Assembly: GCA_030765525.1 (NCBI GenBank)
Contig: JAVCCK010000020.1
Coordinates: 177,286 to 241,285 of the forward strand
Length of the DNA stretch: 64,000 bases
Reading direction: 5' to 3'
DNA from: Candidatus Lernaella stagnicola
Lineage (GTDB): Bacteria; Lernaellota; Lernaellaia; Lernaellales; Lernaellaceae
Shown here: piece by piece, positions 38,962 through 47,819 of the stretch
Numbering within the stretch: position 1 is the stretch's first letter
Layout of the letters: each line of letters starts with the position of its first letter
Made by a program: the position numbers and the translations under genes
Notes under the pieces: model-generated
Database searches by the model: none
What the model saw: only the letters and a program-made list of their open reading frames with translations
Told to the model about the DNA's origin: nothing

Positions 38962-40391
38962 CCCGTTTCGGCCGGCTGGTATTGGTCGCGCTCGTCTTGA
39001 CCGTGGTGGCGTGTCAAAAATCGCCGCCGGTGAAGCAGACCGGCCAGAACATTCTGCTGATCAGCATCGATTCGCTGCGCGCCGACCACGTAGGTGCCTA
39101 TGGCTACGGCCCGCCGACGACCCCGGCTCTTGACGCCTTTGCGCAAACCGGCGCTGTGTTTACGCGATCCTACGCCAACAGCCCGTGGACGCTGCCCAGC
39201 CATGTGTCGATGCTGACCGGCTTGTATCCGGACACCCACCTGGCGGTGAGAAACGACAGCTACCTAAGCGACCGCGTCACCACTGCGGCCGAAGCGTTGG
39301 CGTCGGCCGGCTATGACACGCACGCAGTGGTTTGCGCGCCGTTTTTACGCAGCACCTACAACCTGGCCCAGGGTTTCAAAACCTACGACGAGGAAATTGC
39401 GCATACCAAGCGGCCCAACATTCGGCGAATCAAAACCAGCGAAACCGTGACCGACAAAGCCGTCGCCTATTTGAAAAAACGAGCGGGCAGCCCGGAGCCG
39501 TTCTTTCTTTTCGTTCACTACTGGGACGTTCACTACGATTACAATCCGCCGAAGAAATACGTCGAGATATTCGATCCGGACTACCAAGGCGATCTCGACG
39601 GTTTGAACATCAGCAAGCGCGACGATCTGAAGCGCGGGATGAACGAGCGCGACCGCCGGCACCTGCTGGCGCTTTACGACGGCGAAATCCGCCTCACCGA
39701 CGACCACCTGCGCCGCTTGCTCGCCTACCTGGACGAGACCGGGATGGCCGCCAACACGGCGATCCTCATCACCGCCGATCACGGCGAGGAATTCTTGGAG
39801 CACGGGACGGTCGGCCATACCTTCACGTGTTTCGAGGAACTGATTCGTGTGCCGTTGATCGCGCGGATACCGGGCGTGACGCGGCCCGGGCAGCGTATCG
39901 ACACGCCGGTGGAGAACGTCGATCTTTTCCCCACAATGCTGGCGGTCGCCGGCGCGAGCGTGGAAAAGAAAACACAGGGCCACAACCTATTACCCGTGAT
40001 TCGTGACGGCATCGAACTCGCCCGCGACCGAATCTTCTGCGAAACGCGCATGGGTCGGCGGTGGGGGTGGCGCAAGCCCAACGGCGTCTGGCGCAGCCTG
40101 TTGTTCGACGACGGCAAGAAGGTCCACAGCTTCAAAGAAAGCGGCAAGAAGACAGAATTCAACTTGTACGATATCGACGCGGATCCCGGCGAGACCGACG
40201 ACCTAGCGGCAGCGGAAAACGGTGGCGAATTGCTTTTGCCGCGGCGTCGCGAGCTATCGCAGACGCATCGCGCACACACGGGGTTGGCCGAGCGGCGCAA
40301 TATCAAGCCCGATAGCTGGCGCTATCGCCGGAAAACGAAAAACAACGAAGACCTCGATGAACAGCTTCGGGGTCTTGGATACGTGAATTGA
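38958..40391 (+). CDS. Sulfatase-like hydrolase/transferase, tandem paralog
   Basis: ILLISIDSLRADHVG...SPWTLPSHVSMLTGLY...ADHGEEF; TTG start overlapping the upstream stop (TTGA); shares identical ~29-nt stretches with the upstream paralog. Confidence 0.7.
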   Translation: MTRFGRLVLVALVLTVVACQKSPPVKQTGQNILLISIDSLRADHVGAYGYGPPTTPALDAFAQTGAVFTRSYANSPWTLPSHVSMLTGLYPDTHLAVRNDSYLSDRVTTAAEALASAGYDTHAVVCAPFLRSTYNLAQGFKTYDEEIAHTKRPNIRRIKTSETVTDKAVAYLKKRAGSPEPFFLFVHYWDVHYDYNPPKKYVEIFDPDYQGDLDGLNISKRDDLKRGMNERDRRHLLALYDGEIRLTDDHLRRLLAYLDETGMAANTAILITADHGEEFLEHGTVGHTFTCFEELIRVPLIARIPGVTRPGQRIDTPVENVDLFPTMLAVAGASVEKKTQGHNLLPVIRDGIELARDRIFCETRMGRRWGWRKPNGVWRSLLFDDGKKVHSFKESGKKTEFNLYDIDADPGETDDLAAAENGGELLLPRRRELSQTHRAHTGLAERRNIKPDSWRYRRKTKNNEDLDEQLRGLGYVN

Positions 40392-40407
40392 ACGTGGGGG
40401 ACCGGCG

Positions 40408-41700
40408 ATGAAAATCTCGCCTCGTTTTCGGGTTCTCCTGCGACGCTATGTACTCTTCCCCTTATTGCCGGTGGCGGCATTGGTGATCGTGCTCACGCTG
40501 GTGCTCGGCGGGCTGGAAAAAGCGGACGTAATCGACACCGAGCGGCCCGACGATCTCGTCGCTTACAAACCCATCAACTTCGCGCCGGTGAAGGAAGAAA
40601 ACGGGCGGAAGCTCGTGCGCATCGACGAACCCACGATGGTGCCGGAAACCTTCAGCCTCAAGCCCGAACCGGGTGTCATGCGCATTGTGGTAACCGGCGG
40701 CTCGTTCGCCATGGGTTGGCCCTATGCGGTGCAGGGGAGGGAGCGGCGCGGCGGCGACTTGCCCAGTTGGCTGGAAGTGCTGTTGAAGGCCGGTTGGCCG
40801 CAGCGCAAATTCGAGGTGATCAACGCCGCGGCGGGCGCGCAGAATTCCTTCCGCGTCAAGCACGTCGTGCATGCGGCACTGCAATGGTCGCCGGACGTGC
40901 TGGTGGTCATGGTCGGAAACAACGAGGGCTACGTACCGCCAACCTCGTGGAACGAGATTCTGCACGAGTGGACGTTCTATCGGGCCATGAAAAAGGCGCT
41001 CTTGCCCGACGTCGCGCCGGAGAAACGACCCATGTATCCGGCCATCGGCGTCGGCATGAAAACCATCCGCGCGCAGTTTCAACGGAACATGCGCGACATC
41101 GTGACGATGAGTCGCGACGCCCAAGTACCTATCGTAGTCGCCACGGTGCCGATCAACCTTCGCTACTTTCCGACCGCCGAGGAATATTTGCCGCCCGACA
41201 AACCGTGGTACGCCGAAGGCCGCCGTCTGCAAGAAAGCGGTCGGTACGAGGAGGCGATCCGGAAATACATCGGCGGAGACCTCCGGGGCTACGGCCTGCG
41301 GTTATCCGGACAATGTTACGAGGCGCTCGAACAATGGAATCGCGCTCGCGCGGCCTATCGAGCGGGCGTGGAGTATCTGCCGTTTTCCCAAACCAGGCCG
41401 TCGTTCAACGAGTTCGTGCGTGAGTTGGCGGACGATCTCGACCTTCCGTTGGTCGATTTGGAGCGCGACTTCGAAAAGCAATCGCCTCATGGCATCACCG
41501 GCGACCGCTGGTTCATCGACGGTTGCCACTTGGATTGGCGAGGGTACTACTTCACCGCCCGCCGCGTGCTGGCGGCTCTCGAAGTCGCCGATTTGGTGAC
41601 CGGTCGGCGCACCGGCGAACTGCCCGAGGCCGAAGACTACGCCGTCTCGCACGATTTGATCGACTACATGGAGACGACCCAGCCGGCGCGCCTGCCATAA
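40408..41700 (+). CDS. SGNH/GDSL-like hydrolase, membrane-anchored
   Basis: N-terminal TM; RIVVTGGSFAMG (block I-like), VVMVGNNE; approximate. Confidence 0.45.
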   Translation: MKISPRFRVLLRRYVLFPLLPVAALVIVLTLVLGGLEKADVIDTERPDDLVAYKPINFAPVKEENGRKLVRIDEPTMVPETFSLKPEPGVMRIVVTGGSFAMGWPYAVQGRERRGGDLPSWLEVLLKAGWPQRKFEVINAAAGAQNSFRVKHVVHAALQWSPDVLVVMVGNNEGYVPPTSWNEILHEWTFYRAMKKALLPDVAPEKRPMYPAIGVGMKTIRAQFQRNMRDIVTMSRDAQVPIVVATVPINLRYFPTAEEYLPPDKPWYAEGRRLQESGRYEEAIRKYIGGDLRGYGLRLSGQCYEALEQWNRARAAYRAGVEYLPFSQTRPSFNEFVRELADDLDLPLVDLERDFEKQSPHGITGDRWFIDGCHLDWRGYYFTARRVLAALEVADLVTGRRTGELPEAEDYAVSHDLIDYMETTQPARLP

Positions 41701-41703
41701 AAA

Positions 41704-41730
41704 AACCGGGCGGCGCCCGGCTTTCGTATT
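41704..41730. terminator. Bidirectional rho-independent terminator between convergent genes
   Basis: A6-CCGGGC-ggc-GCCCGG-CTTTCGTATT: 6-bp GC stem with 3-nt loop, U-tract on the minus transcript (after the fusion gene) and a U-rich stretch on the plus transcript. Confidence 0.5.
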
Positions 41731-41746
41731 AGTGAAATCTCGCTCG

Positions 41747-44700
41747 TTATTTCTTTTTACGCAGGAAGCGGCCGAGGATCGTGATTTCGACCGGCATCGT
41801 GAGCCGCTGGCCGATTTTGACTTCGTCGGCTGCGATCGGCGGCCGGCCCTTCGGCGCCGGAATCACCTGCAAGGTCTTGCTTTTGGCATAACGCGCCTGC
41901 ACGAATGCCTGGCCGATCAACTTGCCTTCGCCGTCGGTGGCGCAACTGGTCACGTAGCCGATGCACGCGCCTTTGTCGTTGACGATCGGGTCGTCCGTTT
42001 TCAGCGGCCGGGTTCCCTTGGCGGAGACGCCGAAACGCACGACGGCGATTCCGCGCTTTTCCTTTTTCGCTAGGTAGGCCTTTTTGCCCACGAAAAACGG
42101 CTTGTGCAGTTTGACGAAACCGCCGAATCCGGCTTCGTTGGGCACGAGGTTGTGCGGGCCGGCCAGTTCGTGTCCGTACAGCGGCAAACCGGCTTCCATG
42201 CGCAGGCTGTCCCGCGCGCCGAGGCCGATCGGCATCACGCCGTGCTCCTTTCCGGCTTCCATGATCGCTTCCCAAAGCTGCGGCGCCTTGTCGGGATGCA
42301 CGAAAATCTCGAAGCAAGTCGGCTCGCCGGTATAACCCGTGCCGGAGATGATCGCGTCGAGGCCGTCCAACGTGGCGTACATGGTGCAGTTGTGCCCCAA
42401 GGCTTTCAGCGCCGGTTTGTCCGCTTCGGCCGCGAGTGCCAGCAAGATGTCGCGCGAACGCGGGCCTTGCAGCGCCAGGTCGACACGACGCTCGTCGCCC
42501 CATTGCGGGTCTTTCAGATTGCGCAGCACGCAAGGCTCGGGGAAGCAGCGTTGCGGCACCTGCGGATCGAGCAGCACCCGCCCTTCGTTGACCGCAACCA
42601 GCCACGCCCAATCCTTGTCTTCGTTGGCGGCGTTGACGACCAGCAGAATGCGGTCGGCCTGAACGTGGTAGACGAGCAGATCATCGAGCAAATCGCCGTC
42701 GTGATCGAACAGGTGCGAGTACTGCGCCTCGCCGACCTCCAAACCGCCGGCGTGATTGGCGCAAACCAGATCGACGAACTCCATCGCCCGCGGGCCGCTG
42801 GCCTCGAACACGCCCATGTGGCTGACGTCGAACAGCCCCGCCGCTTGCCGCACGGCGTTGTGTTCCTCGATGGTCGAGGTGTAACGCACCGGCATTTCGT
42901 ATCCGCCGAAGGGCACCATCACGCCGCCGAGTTTCTGGTGAATCTCAAACAGCGTGGTGCGCTTGTCTTCGCCTTCCGGCGCATTCCAGGAGAAGCGCGG
43001 CAAGTCCGGCTGGGGCAGGCGGTCGGCCAGCGCGCTTTGGCCCACAAAGAAAGGCCGCGCGACGTCCACATTCAACTCGGCGGCGTCTTTCCCGGCGAGG
43101 CTTTTATCGGTTTTCGGCAACAGGCTCAGCCAATCCTGAGCGAAGGTGCAATCCAACGGCATTTCGTCGATCACCACCGCGCCGGTGACTTTCGCCGAAG
43201 CATCCTGCGGATCGATCATCGTGAAGCCGTCGGCAAGACCGCGCAACCAGGCCAACAGGGGATCGGCGTTGTCCGGGTTTACTTTCACCACGAAACCGTT
43301 GCGGCGCGGATCATCGCTGAGCGGCAGCCGGGCCAGCGCGATTTCGTCCAGCACGTTGCCTTGATCGTCGAGCGCCAGGCTCGTCACCTTTTCGCCGTCG
43401 GCCAGGTGCGAAGGATCGGTGACCAGCGCCTCGCGCAGGAATTCGTCGGCTTCGGCGCCCGTCAACTTGACGATCACGGCCTCTTCGGAGTGGTCCAAAT
43501 ACGGATGGTGCGGATAGCCCGAAAGCGCCGGCGCATCCACACGCCAGGTGCGGGTTAACGCGTCAACTTCCTCGGACACTTCGCGCAGCACCTTCAAGTC
43601 GATCTTGCCGCGCGGCAGCACGCGGGTCATGCCGTCGTAATGCACGGGATGAATCGCGGTGATCACCCGGTGGATCAAGCGCGCGATGTGCTTGACGTCT
43701 TCCGCGTCGGCCCCGCGCTGCGTCACCCACGGCGTGCCGAGGCGCAGGCCCGTGGCCAGCGGCGTGGCGGTGTCGCCGGGGATGGTGTTTTTGTTGAGGA
43801 TGATGCCCGCCAGTTCCAGAATGTGCGCGGCCGGCTCGCCGTAAAGCAGCGGCGTTCCCCGGGGGGTGAGCGGTTTGAGGTCGATCAGCAGCTTGTGCGT
43901 ATCGGTGCCGCCGTAGGCGAGGCGAACGCCCAGCCGCTGGAATTCTTCGGCCATCACTTTCGCGTGGCCGGCGATGCGGTGCATGAGCTGCCGGAACGAG
44001 TCGGTCTGCGCCAGCTTGAACGCCACGGCCAGCGCGGCAATCGTGTTCATATGCGGGCCGCCTTGCTCGCCCGGGAAGACGCTGTTGTGGATCTTCGCCG
44101 CCAGCTTGCCGCTGCTGGTGAGGATCACCGCACCGCGCGGACCCATCAAGGTCTTGTGGGTCGTGAACGTCACTACATGGGCATGGTCGATCGGGTTCGG
44201 GTAATCCCCGGCCACGGTCAGACCCGCCGGGTGGGCGATGTCGGCCATCAGGTATGCGCCCACTTCGTCGGCAATGGCGCGGAACTTGGCGAAATCCGGC
44301 GCCCAGGGGTAGGACGTGTACCCGGCGATGATCATCTTCGGCCGATGTTCCTTGGCCAGCCTCATCACTTCGTCGTAATCGATCAGTTCGGTTTGCGGGT
44401 CCACGCCGTAGGGCACGATGTGGTAGTGCTTGCCGGTCATGTGGAAGGGGCTGCCGTGCGAGAGGTGCCCGCCCGCCATGAGGTCCAGGGCCATGACGGT
44501 GCCGCCGCGGGGCACCAGGGCTTCGTACACGGCGATGTTGGCCGGGGCGCCCGAGAGGGGCTGCACGTTGGCGTGGATTTTCGACGCCGGTGTCTTTTCG
44601 GTGGCGAAGCACTCGGCGGCGCGGGTGCGGCAGATCGATTCCACGAGGTTCACGTACGCGTTGCCCTTGTAAAAGCGGCGGTCGGCGTAGCGGCGGTAGC

Positions 44701-44962
44701 GCACGAGCCGGGTGGCGATGTCGGACAGGTTTTCCATCGGCATCAGCGTGTTTTCGCGCGCCGGGTAGCCTTCCGCGTAGAGGTTCGTGAAACACGTGTC
44801 GAGCATCCGGCGCACCGGCCAGGCGCAAATACTTTCCGAGGGAATCAGCACGATGTGCCGCGCCTGCCGCTCTTCCTCCCAGTGGAGCAGTTCGTTCATC
44901 AGGGAGTCGGCGTTCTGGATGTTTTCGTCGAAAAGGAAATCGATGATCGCTTCGTCGGACAT
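41747..44962 (-). CDS. Fusion protein: serine hydroxymethyltransferase (GlyA-like) N-terminal domain + glycine cleavage T-protein (aminomethyltransferase) C-terminal domain
   Basis: Single 1071-codon ORF. N-terminal AEGYP...ANVQPLSGAPAN...GGHLSHG...VVTFTTHKTLMGPRG (SHMT PLP-lysine motif). C-terminal FGGYEMPVRY...GLFDVSHMG...TGYTGE...GLGARDSLRMEAGLPLYG (GcvT). GAGGT RBS before ATG 44962. Confidence 0.8.
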   Translation of the reverse strand: MSDEAIIDFLFDENIQNADSLMNELLHWEEERQARHIVLIPSESICAWPVRRMLDTCFTNLYAEGYPARENTLMPMENLSDIATRLVRYRRYADRRFYKGNAYVNLVESICRTRAAECFATEKTPASKIHANVQPLSGAPANIAVYEALVPRGGTVMALDLMAGGHLSHGSPFHMTGKHYHIVPYGVDPQTELIDYDEVMRLAKEHRPKMIIAGYTSYPWAPDFAKFRAIADEVGAYLMADIAHPAGLTVAGDYPNPIDHAHVVTFTTHKTLMGPRGAVILTSSGKLAAKIHNSVFPGEQGGPHMNTIAALAVAFKLAQTDSFRQLMHRIAGHAKVMAEEFQRLGVRLAYGGTDTHKLLIDLKPLTPRGTPLLYGEPAAHILELAGIILNKNTIPGDTATPLATGLRLGTPWVTQRGADAEDVKHIARLIHRVITAIHPVHYDGMTRVLPRGKIDLKVLREVSEEVDALTRTWRVDAPALSGYPHHPYLDHSEEAVIVKLTGAEADEFLREALVTDPSHLADGEKVTSLALDDQGNVLDEIALARLPLSDDPRRNGFVVKVNPDNADPLLAWLRGLADGFTMIDPQDASAKVTGAVVIDEMPLDCTFAQDWLSLLPKTDKSLAGKDAAELNVDVARPFFVGQSALADRLPQPDLPRFSWNAPEGEDKRTTLFEIHQKLGGVMVPFGGYEMPVRYTSTIEEHNAVRQAAGLFDVSHMGVFEASGPRAMEFVDLVCANHAGGLEVGEAQYSHLFDHDGDLLDDLLVYHVQADRILLVVNAANEDKDWAWLVAVNEGRVLLDPQVPQRCFPEPCVLRNLKDPQWGDERRVDLALQGPRSRDILLALAAEADKPALKALGHNCTMYATLDGLDAIISGTGYTGEPTCFEIFVHPDKAPQLWEAIMEAGKEHGVMPIGLGARDSLRMEAGLPLYGHELAGPHNLVPNEAGFGGFVKLHKPFFVGKKAYLAKKEKRGIAVVRFGVSAKGTRPLKTDDPIVNDKGACIGYVTSCATDGEGKLIGQAFVQARYAKSKTLQVIPAPKGRPPIAADEVKIGQRLTMPVEITILGRFLRKKK

Positions 44963-45302
44963 GTCGTTACCTCAAGCGAGTTTCGAAACAGTTGAAGTCA
45001 CCGTTTCTTAACACCGCGCTAAATGAAAGTAAACGCCGCCCGCGCGTCGCGACCGGCAAACGCTGGTGAAAAGCGAATTCGCACCCCGTAATCGCCGACC
45101 GCGTCCCCTTCTACGGCCGCCGCGGCATTCAGGTCCCGGCCCTAGTGCCGCAAAACAACTGAAAAGGCGGGACGGGCGCCGAGACCGGTTATTTGTAGGG
45201 GAAAAGAGTTAACACCGAGGACTAATGCTTTTAGCAGCCTAAGACCATCTTTCCACATCGCAAACCGGTTCCAGAAAGGTCGCTGCTACTATGCGCTACT
45301 CA

Positions 45303-46421
45303 CTACGTGACAGATTTGGCGGAAGACCACTCATAATAAACTTTTAGATTATTCATAAAGCTCCAATCAAGCCAGCCTTCTTTCTGCATTCGACCGACAA
45401 CGATCCCCGGCGCGATACCAATTCCCGTTGCGAAACTGCGCACATCGTCTTTCGATCGGAATTGTCTTGCGGCCAACCCGTGTAGACGGTTTGCATCGGC
45501 AGGTTTTATCAGGATATTACTTGCGTAAACGTCTGCTTGTCTTTCAGATTCGTTATCCAGGCCACCCAAGCCCTCGATAAATAATAGTTTTTTGCCGTGT
45601 AGCAGCAGGTGGGCGGCTTCGTGGAAAAAGGTGAACCAAACGTGATCGTTCGAGTTGTAGCGCAAACTGAGCAAGAGCATGGCTTTTGCAGGCGCCAACC
45701 ATCGTGTTGCCCCGCTTGCCGGGCATCCCGGGGGCGTTTCCAAGAACACAACCGCCACGCCGCATGCTGCGCATACCTCGGTCATTCGAACAATGAAAAC
45801 GTCGGGATCTGACTCGTTTGTCAGGGCGCGTAGTTCACGCAGGGCATCCCTAAACGCTTGTTTATTGAACGGTTCGCAGGGGATATTGTTTGCCCTGCGT
45901 TCACCTTCCCGAAGCCAAGCCGCCACTGCGCCCACGTTCTTTTGAAATTTATCAGACGCCCGAAATGCGGCAACGGGTGTTTGATATTGTTCACGCCAAG
46001 CGTCTACGGACGCGACACAAAAAAATCTCAGAGAATCCAGCACCTGTTCGCCTTTTTCGCGGATATTGCGGATCAGTCCCAACTTTCGCATCCACGGCAG
46101 CGGCAATTCCTTTAGCCACCCGGCGTCTTTTCTTGCAGCCTCAATCGCATCTTTTCGCGCCAGCCCAGCTTGGTATTGAGCGTCGCGAACCAACCAAAAA
46201 TTGGGAGTTGATCCCAGAACCCTCGAAAGACGTTCGGCAATCTGGGTCGAAATCGGCACGCGGCCTTTCACTAGATCGTTCACAAAAGGGGCGGTAACGT
46301 CCATTCGCTTTGCAAGATCAGTTTGCCTCCACCCTAGCTCTTCGAGCAACTCATCAATCGTATCTCCGGGTGGAGAAATCCAATCGGGATTGAATTGTTC
46401 ATGGTTAGTCATGGTAGTCAC
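45303..46421 (-). CDS. higA: HigA-like antitoxin: XRE-type HTH N-terminus fused to ImmA/IrrE-like HExxH metallopeptidase domain
   Basis: N-terminus PPGDTIDELLEELGWRQTDLAKRM...STPNFWL matches HigA HTH; C-terminal FFHEAAHLLLH motif; region has lower GC. Confidence 0.65.
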   Translation of the reverse strand: MTTMTNHEQFNPDWISPPGDTIDELLEELGWRQTDLAKRMDVTAPFVNDLVKGRVPISTQIAERLSRVLGSTPNFWLVRDAQYQAGLARKDAIEAARKDAGWLKELPLPWMRKLGLIRNIREKGEQVLDSLRFFCVASVDAWREQYQTPVAAFRASDKFQKNVGAVAAWLREGERRANNIPCEPFNKQAFRDALRELRALTNESDPDVFIVRMTEVCAACGVAVVFLETPPGCPASGATRWLAPAKAMLLLSLRYNSNDHVWFTFFHEAAHLLLHGKKLLFIEGLGGLDNESERQADVYASNILIKPADANRLHGLAARQFRSKDDVRSFATGIGIAPGIVVGRMQKEGWLDWSFMNNLKVYYEWSSAKSVT

Positions 46422-46734
46422 CTATAAAAATGATACAAACTGCCGTGACGCGATTCCAGTCGATGCCGCCGTCGTCTTTTTCTGGGATCGGTTCATGAGC
46501 CGGTTCGAATACGAGCCGATGCCCTCCGTGAAGATTCATCGAAAACTGGCCCACTCTATCGCCTTTTAAGGCGTGTGGCCGACCGGCGATCAATTCTGTA
46601 ACATTATGGGCTGCTCTAATATCTGCCAAACGGGCGCGCAACTTCTTGAAACCGGGACCGCCGAGCTTCTTTTTGGCGCCTCTCTTATCAGCGCAGATTT
46701 TCTCCACGTCCCGTGTGCTGTAAAGAATATCCAT
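46405..46734 (-). CDS. higB: HigB-like RelE/ParE-superfamily toxin
   Basis: ALKGDRVGQFSMNL...RLVF...IGDYHD matches the HigB signature (LKGDR.G..S....R..F....DYH); toxin-first order; 17-nt overlap with the antitoxin gene. Confidence 0.65.
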   Translation of the reverse strand: MDILYSTRDVEKICADKRGAKKKLGGPGFKKLRARLADIRAAHNVTELIAGRPHALKGDRVGQFSMNLHGGHRLVFEPAHEPIPEKDDGGIDWNRVTAVCIIFIGDYHD

Positions 46735-47260
46735 CTAGCCCTCATTTGTCAAGAACTATTCATCTAAATGGCTAATCATTTTTATGTTTCGTCGTCCAGA
46801 GTTTCGACCGAAGCGTCCATCTCCAACCAGAACTCCCGGGCGGATTACTCCCACTCGGCCCAAAGCGCACATAAAAAACTTCGTCGAAAGAGACTTTAAT
46901 TCTGGATTCCCGGCTGCGCGGAAACGACGATGATAGGCAAAACATACGTGGTGTCTCGTCGAACGATAAGGATTATGCTGTCCTTGCCTTATCGACGCAA
47001 GTCAGCGTCATGGCCGATTGAAAAAATACGTATACGCCTTTCATTTCGAGGGCGTGACGACCGCAACGACCGTAGCCGAAAATCTTCGCGTCGCTCGAGC
47101 ATTTCATATAGAGTAAAAAAACGATCGAGCGCGCCACCACATTCCTCGAACGTGTCCGATATTGGTCGCAAGACAAAGGCCGAATGTGGTAGAACCGCTC
47201 AAGAAGGCGGCCCGCTTGGCCGAAAGCTTCATTGAATTCACTTTTTAGAAGAGGGAAGAG

Positions 47261-47578
47261 ATGGGTATGTGGAAGTACACCTTGCTGCTTTGTGTTTCGC
47301 TCGTTTTGGCCCTGAGCATGTTCGCCGCGTGCGGCGATGACGATGACGACGACGACGGCGGCGGTGGCGGCTATACGTGCGCCGATGCGTGCAGCGTAAT
47401 TTATGACGACTGCGGCGCGGTTCTGGCCGTTGACGGCTACACGTTGTCCGAAGCGGAATGTGTCGAGGGCTGCAACGACGAGGGCGGCATCGGCAGTTGT
47501 GAAACGGCTTGTCTGGACACCTATGCCGAAGACGAAGACTGCGACGCGTTCGCCGATTGCGCGTACAACTGCTTCTAG
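47261..47578 (+). CDS. Small acidic Cys-rich secreted lipoprotein
   Basis: Signal peptide with lipobox (MFAACG), DDDDDDDGGGGG linker, then ~80 aa with 10 Cys and high Asp/Glu. Confidence 0.55.
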   Translation: MGMWKYTLLLCVSLVLALSMFAACGDDDDDDDGGGGGYTCADACSVIYDDCGAVLAVDGYTLSEAECVEGCNDEGGIGSCETACLDTYAEDEDCDAFADCAYNCF

Positions 47579-47657
47579 CGCGGCACGAGCCGATGGGATC
47601 GCTCGGCAGGCAAGACCGGCCGGGCGACGAAGACGATTATGCCGGGCGGTGGTCGCC

Positions 47658-47685
47658 TTGACTGCCGCCCTTCTTGCCATACAAT
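47658..47685 (+). promoter_or_regulatory. Candidate sigma70-type promoter upstream of panB
   Basis: TTGACT-N16-TACAAT at 47658-47685; about 135 nt upstream of the panB start. Confidence 0.3.
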
Positions 47686-47819
47686 ACGGCGCACTCTGCG
47701 GCCGTGTTTTCTTCCAGCGGACCGGACGTACCCGCCAGTCGGGACGGCACGGTCAAATCGCCGGGGAAAACGCCGTGACAACATTCATCCGATAACCTTT
47801 TCGACGTGAAGGAGTCGAG

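Noticed and set aside
42104-44995. Long plus-strand ORFs (42104..43558, 43640..44995) and a minus-strand alternative frame (43563..44828) inside the fusion gene
   Set aside because: All overlap the SHMT-GcvT reading frame, which has clear domain motifs; the alternatives have no recognisable motifs and are Arg/Gly-rich.
44963-45302. tRNA or integration site next to the low-GC toxin-antitoxin islet
   Set aside because: No tRNA-like sequence (T-loop GTTCRA motif, cloverleaf) and no direct repeats flanking the islet were visible by eye; not excluded without a proper scan.
46973-47680. 235-aa minus-strand ORF
   Set aside because: Overlaps and is antisense to the small Cys-rich lipoprotein gene (47261..47578), which has a signal peptide and RBS; the ORF is Ala/Arg-rich with no motifs.
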